The notes under the pieces were generated by a model. The model was not told the origin of the DNA, made no database searches, and was given only the letters and a program-made list of their open reading frames with translations. The position numbers and the translations under genes were made by a program. A stretch of 64,000 bases of DNA from an uncultured Gammaproteobacteria bacterium (GTDB lineage: Bacteria > Patescibacteriota > Microgenomatia > Daviesbacterales > UBA10151), in the NCBI GenBank assembly GCA_964405655.1, contig CAYOOO010000001.1:89083-153082 (forward strand), in the 5' to 3' direction. Shown piece after piece: positions 57,419 through 64,000 of this stretch (position 1 is its first letter; each line of letters opens with the position of its first letter).

Positions 57419-58747
57419 ATGATTCCAAAATATATTGATAAATCTTTAATTCCTCACAAGCCAGGGATTTATATATTTAAAGATAAGCAAAGTGGTGTAC
57501 TTTATGTGGGTAAGGCGATAGATCTATACAATCGGGTTGCCTCCTATTTTAGTACCAGCACATTGCCTCCTAAAACTGCCTCCTTAGTGGAAAATATTAG
57601 CGATCTTGAGACAATTATTGTTGAGTCAGAGTTAGAAGCGTTGATACTTGAGGCGAACTTAATCAAAAAATTTTTGCCACCCTATAACATTAGGTTGACC
57701 GATGATAAAGATTATCTCTATATCGTAGTAACCAGTCAAGACTTTCCTACTGTCGAAACAGCCAGAAAAAAAGATCTAAGAGAGGTTAAGAAGTATTTTG
57801 GGCCATTTCCTTCTGCCAAGACTGTTCGAGTGACTCTTAAAAGGCTAAGAAGGGTCTTTCCTTGGTGCTCCAACCCTCCAGGTCCCAAGAATAAATCTGA
57901 TCGGGCATGCTTCTATTACCATCTTAAGCTTTGTCCTGGTGCCTGTGTTGGCTCAATTGATAAGAGGAATTATCAGAAGATAATCAGGCAGTTAGTTAAG
58001 TTTCTAGAAGGCAAAAAAGATGAACTTATCAGTGAACTCCAAAATCAAATGGATAATTTTTCAAAAAGGTTGGAGTTTGAACAAGCAGCTAAAGTTAAAC
58101 AAGAAATTAGTGGGATAGAGTATCTAACTTCACCAAATAGAGTCAGCGACTATCTGGAAAATCCTAATTTTTTGGAAGATGAAAATATCCGCTCTCTTAA
58201 CCAACTTCAGCAAGACCTAAAACTATCACAACTGCCGATACGAATTGAGGCTTATGATATTTCTAATATCCAAGGGAAACAGGCAACCGGTTCTTTGGTA
58301 GTTTTAACCAATGGAGAAATAGATAAATCCCAGTATAGAAGATTTAAAATCAATCCGCCAGCTGGCGGATCTGGTAGACCAAATGATGTTGGTATGCATA
58401 AGGAGATGATGAGAAGAAGATTAGCTCATCCTGAGTGGGATTTGCCTCAGTTAATAGTAGTTGATGGAGGTAGAGGTCAAGCCAGAGCAGTAAGTCAGTG
58501 TATCAGTGAGGCCAGTAAGACAGTAAAAAACATTATTGACAGTACCGATCGTACTAATCTTAGTGCAATACCGATCTATGGTTTAGCTAAAAGAATGGAA
58601 TGGTTGTATCCGCCTGAGGGAGAGATTATCAAACTTCCCAAACGGAGTTTGTCCTTAAGGCTTTTACAAAAAATTAGGGATGAGTCGCACCGTTTTGCAA
58701 TTAACTATCATCGAAAATTAAGACAAAGGTCGTTTTTAACCAAATGA
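57419..58747 (+). CDS. uvrC: Excinuclease ABC subunit C (short form, 442 aa)
   Basis: N-terminal GIY-YIG domain (GIYIFKDKQSGVLYVGKAIDLYNRVASYF), a UVR domain, and a central EndoV-like region. The C-terminal (HhH)2 domain appears to be absent. Confidence 0.75.
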   Translation: MIPKYIDKSLIPHKPGIYIFKDKQSGVLYVGKAIDLYNRVASYFSTSTLPPKTASLVENISDLETIIVESELEALILEANLIKKFLPPYNIRLTDDKDYLYIVVTSQDFPTVETARKKDLREVKKYFGPFPSAKTVRVTLKRLRRVFPWCSNPPGPKNKSDRACFYYHLKLCPGACVGSIDKRNYQKIIRQLVKFLEGKKDELISELQNQMDNFSKRLEFEQAAKVKQEISGIEYLTSPNRVSDYLENPNFLEDENIRSLNQLQQDLKLSQLPIRIEAYDISNIQGKQATGSLVVLTNGEIDKSQYRRFKINPPAGGSGRPNDVGMHKEMMRRRLAHPEWDLPQLIVVDGGRGQARAVSQCISEASKTVKNIIDSTDRTNLSAIPIYGLAKRMEWLYPPEGEIIKLPKRSLSLRLLQKIRDESHRFAINYHRKLRQRSFLTK

Positions 58748-58785
58748 CGATTTTAGCTAGTAGATTTGTTAAAATTATTTAGTAG

Positions 58786-59187
58786 ATGAAACATATCCTT
58801 AGAATTTTTTTAATCAACTTAGTTGCGCTTTGGTTTACTACCCAACTTATGCCGGGTTTAACTTACACCGGAGGCTTTAAGTCTTTGCTGTTTGGTTCGC
58901 TAGCAATAATGATTTTTAATTTATCTATTATTCCACTTCTTAAAATAATGTTTTTGCCACTCAATCTACTGACCTTAGGATTTTTTACTTGGGTTGTAAA
59001 TGTGGTTGGGCTCTACCTGATAACTAAGATTTTACCCCAGTTTGAGATAGTCTCTTATACATTTAGCGGTTTGAGCCTAAATGGGGTTATATTTCCAAGT
59101 ATTGAGCTAAATGTTTTGTATGTAGCAATTATATCCTCATTTCTGGTAGGATTTATATCACATTTCCTTCAGTGGGTCATAAAATAG
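58786..59187 (+). CDS. DUF360/phage-holin-4_2-like small membrane protein
   Basis: 133 aa, 4 TM helices, N-terminal LINLVALWFTTQLMPGL pattern. Confidence 0.5.
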   Translation: MKHILRIFLINLVALWFTTQLMPGLTYTGGFKSLLFGSLAIMIFNLSIIPLLKIMFLPLNLLTLGFFTWVVNVVGLYLITKILPQFEIVSYTFSGLSLNGVIFPSIELNVLYVAIISSFLVGFISHFLQWVIK

Positions 59188-59266
59188 AATGTGATAGAGG
59201 CTGAAGGACTCATATCGCATTTCCTACAATGGGTGATCGAAGGGGCGATAAAGTAGACAAAACAGC

Positions 59267-59488
59267 ATGAATAATTTGGTTTTATCCTTAACACAAATAG
59301 TTTTAGCCATTATTATGACAGGATTAATACTTCTGCAATCAAAAGGCACAGGTCTAGGATCTACCTTTGGAGGTGATCTTGGTTTTTATGGTACTAAAAG
59401 AGGTGCAGAGAAGATCTTATTTATAACAACGATCGTTATTGCAGCACTATTCCTTCTCTCACTAATACTGGGGATATTTTTCGGGTAA
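59267..59488 (+). CDS. secG: Preprotein translocase subunit SecG
   Basis: 73 aa, two TM helices, with the conserved LLQSKGTGLGSTFGG loop. Confidence 0.8.
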   Translation: MNNLVLSLTQIVLAIIMTGLILLQSKGTGLGSTFGGDLGFYGTKRGAEKILFITTIVIAALFLLSLILGIFFG

Positions 59489-59512
59489 TCTTAAAGATCA
59501 AAAAGAAAGAAG

Positions 59513-60931
59513 ATGCAAAGAAATAGCCTAACTTTTAGTGGAACTAGCGGATTCTTTTACAAACCTAAGCTTTGGTGGTTTTATCTACTTGCTTACCTCA
59601 AAAGACACCGAAAACTATCTATTTCCTCAGTAGTCTTGATTTTTGTCTTTTTTTTGGGAATTTGGATCTTTAGCAGTTACTTTTATAAGGCCAGTTTAGT
59701 AGAAGGTATAGTTGGTACATATACTCAGCGGGATATTCCGGAAGTTGTGACAAAATTGCTTTCTCAAAGCTTAGTTAGTCTTGATAGTAGCGGTAAACCA
59801 GTACCAAACTTAGTAGAAAACTGGCAAGTCAATAATGACTCTAAAATCTATATCTTTAGACTTAAAAAAAATTTAACTTGGATTGATGGCAGCCCTATTA
59901 AAGCCTCTGATATTAACTTTACACTTTCTGATGTCGATGTTAGTGTCCTAGATGATAGAACAATTCAGTTTAAGATCTCTGACTCTTTTAGTCCTTTTCC
60001 GACTCTTCTGACTAAACCTATTTTTAAAAAAGATAGCCTTAAGGGTACGGGTCCTTATAAGATAAAAGCCATTAGAAAAGATCAAATCTTTGTAAAAAAG
60101 ATGACACTTACGTCAAAAGATAAGGACTTACCTAATTTAACAATTAAGTTTTATCCAAACGAGAGAATTGCCAGAAACGCTCTTAAATTGGGCGAGATTC
60201 AAACCCTACTTGGGATTACTGAAATTTCTGATCTATCAAGCTATAAAAACCTGTCAGTCTTTAGAAAAACTAACTATCAGCAGATTGTAACCATCTTTTA
60301 TAACACCAAAGATCCAATTCTAGCCGATGAAAATCTTAGGTTAGCACTTAGTTTTCAAGCTCCCTCAAATACCGGTGAGGAAGAGGCTAAAACTTCAATT
60401 CCTCCCAATTCTTGGGCATATAATCCAGAAGTCAAGGATTATCTAGGTAACTCTGAGCAATCAAGGATTTACTTGAGTAAAGTTCAAAACCTGGAAAATT
60501 TAAAAAGTAATCAAAAAAATGTGATTACCTTAACTGCAGTTTCTTCACTTAAGAATGTTGGCGAAAAAATAGTCCAAGAGTGGAATAAATTAGGTATAAA
60601 GGCTGTTTTAAGGGTTGAAAGCGGCATTCCTCAAAATTTTCAAGCTCTGCTTATAACTCAGAATATACCGATCGACCCAGATCAATATTCTCTTTGGCAC
60701 TCCACTCAAAATACTAACTTGACTAAATTTTCCAATCCTAGGATAGATAAAAACTTAGAAGATGGCAGAAAGACTTCAAATTCTGAGTTGAGGAAACAGA
60801 AATATAAGGACTTCCAAAAAGTTCTACTAGATCACGCCCCAGCCACCTTTTTATACTTTCCTAAATACAATGTAATTTTTATGAAAAAAGCGGAGAAAAA
60901 TCTGTTTAAAGTAATTAACCTTCAAATTTAA
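59513..60931 (+). CDS. Membrane-anchored solute-binding-protein family 5 (DppA/OppA-like) homolog
   Basis: N-terminal TM segment, then …LVSLDSSGKPVPNLVENWQVNNDSKIYIFRLKKNLTWIDGSPIKASDINFT…, which resembles the SBP_bac_5 signature region. No ABC permease or ATPase genes are adjacent. Confidence 0.45.
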   Translation: MQRNSLTFSGTSGFFYKPKLWWFYLLAYLKRHRKLSISSVVLIFVFFLGIWIFSSYFYKASLVEGIVGTYTQRDIPEVVTKLLSQSLVSLDSSGKPVPNLVENWQVNNDSKIYIFRLKKNLTWIDGSPIKASDINFTLSDVDVSVLDDRTIQFKISDSFSPFPTLLTKPIFKKDSLKGTGPYKIKAIRKDQIFVKKMTLTSKDKDLPNLTIKFYPNERIARNALKLGEIQTLLGITEISDLSSYKNLSVFRKTNYQQIVTIFYNTKDPILADENLRLALSFQAPSNTGEEEAKTSIPPNSWAYNPEVKDYLGNSEQSRIYLSKVQNLENLKSNQKNVITLTAVSSLKNVGEKIVQEWNKLGIKAVLRVESGIPQNFQALLITQNIPIDPDQYSLWHSTQNTNLTKFSNPRIDKNLEDGRKTSNSELRKQKYKDFQKVLLDHAPATFLYFPKYNVIFMKKAEKNLFKVINLQI

Positions 60932-60948
60932 TTCTTCATCAGCTTCTT

Positions 60949-62142
60949 TTAAAGATTAGAAAAACCAAGAATTCTTAAAAGAGTTCTGAGCGTATTTTGG
61001 TAAATTGCCTTCTTTTTTATGTCCATTTCTTTTTGAATTTTAAAAACTAAGCGGTCTATTAACCAAGTTACTTTAGGCGTATTTAAATCATCATCTAAGG
61101 CCTTTGTGAATGTTTTTAAGGACTGTCTATCCAAACCTGGATTTTGAAATGATTGATCAGATAACAAAGCTCTTATTAATTTAACTCTTTCTTCTGCTTC
61201 AGTTAACGCACTCTCTACAAATTCCCATGGTTGTCTATAGTGATGACTGAGAAATAAATAACGTATGGAATTTGGAGAATATCTTTTGAGAAGGTTTGAT
61301 ACCATAATCAGATTTCCTAGAGACTTAGACATCTTCTTCCCTTGGTATAAAAGCATTGATGTATGCAGCCAGTACTTAACAAATGGAACTTTTTTAGTGT
61401 AAACCTCAGATTGAGCAACCTCGCTTTCGTGATGAGGATAGATTAGATCGTGACCGCCTCCATGAATATCAATCTGTTCTCCTAAGTATTCAAGAATCAT
61501 GGCTGAGCACTCAATATGCCAGCCAGGTCTACCTTTACCCCAAGGAGAATCCCAGTATGGTTCATCTGCTAAAGATTTAGACCAAAGTAGGAAATCTAAT
61601 GGATCTTCCTTTAGAGGATCATCTGGACTGGCCCCGCGCTCTTTGGAGATTACTTTCATTTGCTCCTTGGTCAACTTTGACAATTGTCTATAGCGATTAA
61701 ACCTGTTTACTCTGAAATAAACCTGGCCTCTTCTTTTATAGGCGAAACCCTCCTTGACTAACTTTTGGATCATCTTGATCATAGTAGTGATTGAGTCTGT
61801 CGCCTTGACATAATAAGTTGGCATCTTAATGTTTAGACTTTTAAGATCGGATAAAAATTTATTAGTCCAAAATTTTCCTAATTCTTTCCAGTTTTGGTTG
61901 TCTTTTTTAGCCCTACTTAAGATATCATCATCGATATCAGTCACATTTTGGGTATAGACTACCCGGTAACCTTTGAATTCTAAGAATCTTTTAAGAACAT
62001 CAAATACCATATAGGTAAAAGCATGACCTATATGGGTTGTATCATAAGGAGTGACTCCACAGACGTACATTAAAACTCTATCAGGATTGAGAGGACTGAA
62101 TTTTTTCTTAGTTTGAGTGAGCGAATTATAAAGTCTAAACAT
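60949..62142 (-). CDS. cysS: Cysteinyl-tRNA synthetase (short form, 397 aa)
   Basis: HIGH motif (TTHIGHAF), KMSKSLGN, and an N-terminus LMYVCGVTPYD. TGaTATAAT lies upstream. Confidence 0.8.
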   Translation of the reverse strand: MFRLYNSLTQTKKKFSPLNPDRVLMYVCGVTPYDTTHIGHAFTYMVFDVLKRFLEFKGYRVVYTQNVTDIDDDILSRAKKDNQNWKELGKFWTNKFLSDLKSLNIKMPTYYVKATDSITTMIKMIQKLVKEGFAYKRRGQVYFRVNRFNRYRQLSKLTKEQMKVISKERGASPDDPLKEDPLDFLLWSKSLADEPYWDSPWGKGRPGWHIECSAMILEYLGEQIDIHGGGHDLIYPHHESEVAQSEVYTKKVPFVKYWLHTSMLLYQGKKMSKSLGNLIMVSNLLKRYSPNSIRYLFLSHHYRQPWEFVESALTEAEERVKLIRALLSDQSFQNPGLDRQSLKTFTKALDDDLNTPKVTWLIDRLVFKIQKEMDIKKKAIYQNTLRTLLRILGFSNL

Positions 62143-62223
62143 TAGGGCAAAAAATTATATCAAGTAAAAGAAAAAAAATAAGTGATTTTTATCCCCCTTC
62201 GCAGAGAACCGCGGGAGCTTCAT

Positions 62224-63666
62224 CTACAATCTTCTAAAAGGTAGGCTGAAATAAAACGTGCTACCTTTACCTGCTGTTGAATCTACCCAGATTTTACCCC
62301 GGTGCAATTTGATAATCTCTTTAGTTATAAATAACCCAAGACCAAAACCAGGTGCTGACTTTTCTTCTATCTGGTAAAACCTGTCAAAAATTTTTCTCTG
62401 CTTATCTTTAGGGATACCAACTCCCCAATCTTTAATCCAAAATAAAATATTTTTCTTGTCCATCTTTGCCCCTGCATCGATTTTACTGCCCGGTTTGGAA
62501 TATTTTATGGCATTTGAAATCAAATTTACCAAAACCTGTTCCAATCTCTGGCCATCTGCCACAAGGATGATCTTTTTGGGTGGTTTAAAAAAAATTATTT
62601 TTATGTTTTTAGAAAGAAGCTGCATTTTTCTTATTACGATGGAAAAAAGTCTGTTTAAATTAACTTGCTCCAAGTTTAAAAATAATTTTCCACTCTCAAT
62701 TCTGTTTTCATCCAAGATATCGTTGATTAGTTGAGTTAACCTCTCAAGCTCCCTGTTAATCAACTCAAGCTCATCTAATTTAATCTGGTCAGAACCAAAC
62801 TTTTTAAACTTGGCTATATGGGCCTGGGAGATCAGTTTAAGGGTAGTGATCGGGGTTTTTAGTTCATGGGCAGCAATAGATAAAAACTCCGTTTTTAAGT
62901 TCTCAATTTTTTTGCGCTCTGTTATATCGTGACCGATAGCAGAGAAACCAATAATTTTTCCAGAACTATTTTTAATTGGGGAGATTGTCAGTAGTATATC
63001 AATAATTTTTCCCGCCTTTGTCTGACGTTTTGTTTCAAAACCTTTAATCTCTTTTCCTTCTCTTAGTTTTTTAAAAAGTACTTCCAGTTCTTTTTTGCGC
63101 CCTTTGGGAACAAGTATTGAAATAGGTTTATGAAGGATCTCATCTTCAGAGTATCCATAGACTCTTTTTGCTGCCGAGTTCCAGCTTAATATTTTTGTTT
63201 TTAAATCCGTTCCCACAACTGAGTCATTTGAGTTTTCAACTAAAAAAGCCAGTCGCTTCTGAGCCAAATGATTTTTTTTAAGCTCAGTGATATCATATTG
63301 GGTCTGGAAATAAAAAATTGTTTTGTTGTCTTCAATAATTGGATAAAAAGAAGCGTGAACATAATACTCGCTGCCGTCTTTACGTCTGTCAACCAGTTCA
63401 TCAGTAATATATGGTTTGCCTTCTGAAAGATGCTTCCAAAGATCTTTAATAACTGATTTAGGAGTTCTTTGAGTATGAAGAATCTTGGGGTTTTTACCTA
63501 GAACTTCTTTTAGTTTGTACCCTGTTAAGTGCTGCCAGGGTTTATTAACATAAACTATCTTGGCTTGAGTATTGGTAATTAAAATTGCATTAGGGGAATT
63601 ATCAGCAACAGTTTTTAAGCCAAGTAAAGCAGTATCCCTTTTTAGTGTTTTTTCTGCACGGGGCAT
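62224..63666 (-). CDS. Sensor histidine kinase with two PAS domains (cytoplasmic, no TM segment)
   Basis: H-box HELKTPITTL, and N/G1/G2 boxes (…GVGIPKDKQRKIFDRFYQ…GFGLGL). PAS-like N-terminal halves are present. No response regulator is adjacent in the window. Confidence 0.85.
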   Translation of the reverse strand: MPRAEKTLKRDTALLGLKTVADNSPNAILITNTQAKIVYVNKPWQHLTGYKLKEVLGKNPKILHTQRTPKSVIKDLWKHLSEGKPYITDELVDRRKDGSEYYVHASFYPIIEDNKTIFYFQTQYDITELKKNHLAQKRLAFLVENSNDSVVGTDLKTKILSWNSAAKRVYGYSEDEILHKPISILVPKGRKKELEVLFKKLREGKEIKGFETKRQTKAGKIIDILLTISPIKNSSGKIIGFSAIGHDITERKKIENLKTEFLSIAAHELKTPITTLKLISQAHIAKFKKFGSDQIKLDELELINRELERLTQLINDILDENRIESGKLFLNLEQVNLNRLFSIVIRKMQLLSKNIKIIFFKPPKKIILVADGQRLEQVLVNLISNAIKYSKPGSKIDAGAKMDKKNILFWIKDWGVGIPKDKQRKIFDRFYQIEEKSAPGFGLGLFITKEIIKLHRGKIWVDSTAGKGSTFYFSLPFRRL

Positions 63667-63773
63667 AAATTCGCTTTATCTAATTATACTCTTTCAATAG
63701 CTGTATTAACCTAGATTGTGACTTTTGGAGCAGTAGCTTTGTCTATTTGTATAATAGACTCATGCCTTATCAG

Positions 63774-63846
63774 TGAGCCGCCTCGGAATCGAACCGAGAA
63801 CCTACTCCTTAAGAGGGAGTTGCTCTGCCAATTGAGCTAGCGGCCC
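63774..63846 (-). tRNA. tRNA-Lys (anticodon CUU)
   Basis: Reverse complement: GGGCCGC-TA-GCTC-AATTGGCA-GAGC-A-ACTCC-CTCTTAA-GGAGT-AGGTT-CTCGG-TTCGATT-CCGAG-GCGGCTC-A. Confidence 0.8.
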
Positions 63847-64000
63847 ATAAAATTTAGTCTTTTTCATCGAGGATATGATACTACAATATCAAATTTTAAT
63901 GAAGCTAGGATTTAAGGGTTCTCAGAAATTGTTGGAGGAAGTTTAAATGGTTGTCTATTTTATCAATTCTTCCATGGTGGCCAACGAATTTAATTCTTTT

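Noticed and set aside
1-64000. CRISPR arrays, rRNA genes, transposases or integrases, toxin-antitoxin pairs or known defence systems
   Set aside because: There are no regularly spaced direct repeats, no rRNA-like conserved blocks, and no ORFs with transposase, integrase, Cas, reverse-transcriptase or nucleotide-cyclase motifs. The only nuclease-like accessory ORFs are the small GIY-YIG protein and the thermonuclease.
63948-64000. ATG-initiated ORF running off the 3' edge (MVVYFINSSMVANEFNSF…)
   Set aside because: Only 17 codons are visible and there is no motif. It cannot be supported.

Overview
This 64 kb window looks like a low-GC, gene-dense stretch of a reduced Candidate Phyla Radiation (Patescibacteria)-type genome. 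That assignment is an inference from gene content: small proteins, gatCAB, polX, shortened UvrC/CysS, and few Shine-Dalgarno sequences. Most of the window is core machinery, in order: a probable ftsQ 3' end, ftsA, ftsZ, ileS, an FtsW/RodA-family (SEDS) gene, rplU, rpmA, parB, lepB (minus), polX, lemA, htpX, gatCAB, dnaE, rplS, rnhB, yraN, rsmI, lexA, purA, uvrB, uvrA, uvrC, secG, cysS and a PAS histidine kinase. Between these sit several accessory blocks. (1) A surface-polysaccharide locus at 9.5-16.1 kb: a Wzx-like flippase, a SAM methyltransferase, a GT4 glycosyltransferase, two O-antigen-ligase/polymerase-like proteins and a GT-C-like membrane protein. (2) An ABC-2 exporter with one ATPase flanked by two paralogous permease pairs (30.0-34.2 kb). 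(3) A small island of an archaeal-type PurO-like IMP cyclohydrolase, a HAD hydrolase, two small membrane proteins and a PurM-like protein (35.3-39.2 kb). (4) Secreted and membrane proteins at 41-45.5 kb: a CvpA-CAP fusion, a thermonuclease and a DUF192 protein. (5) A transglutaminase-like membrane protein inserted between uvrA and uvrC. Eight tRNA genes are present: Val-CAC, Thr-CGU, Gly-CCC, Asp-GUC, Lys-UUU, Glu-UUC and Lys-CUU. No rRNA genes and no CRISPR arrays are present. The most unusual sequence-level signals are tRNA-associated. Small inserts sit at the 3' ends of tRNA-Asp and tRNA-Glu, each bounded by a 17-nt direct repeat of tRNA positions 58-74 and sharing an identical 27-nt hairpin core. 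A GIY-YIG nuclease ORF is bracketed by tRNA-Lys(UUU) and a degenerate partial copy of the tRNA 5' half. Many genes carry an extended -10 element (TGnTAtAAT) 6-12 nt upstream of the start codon with no SD, suggesting leaderless translation.
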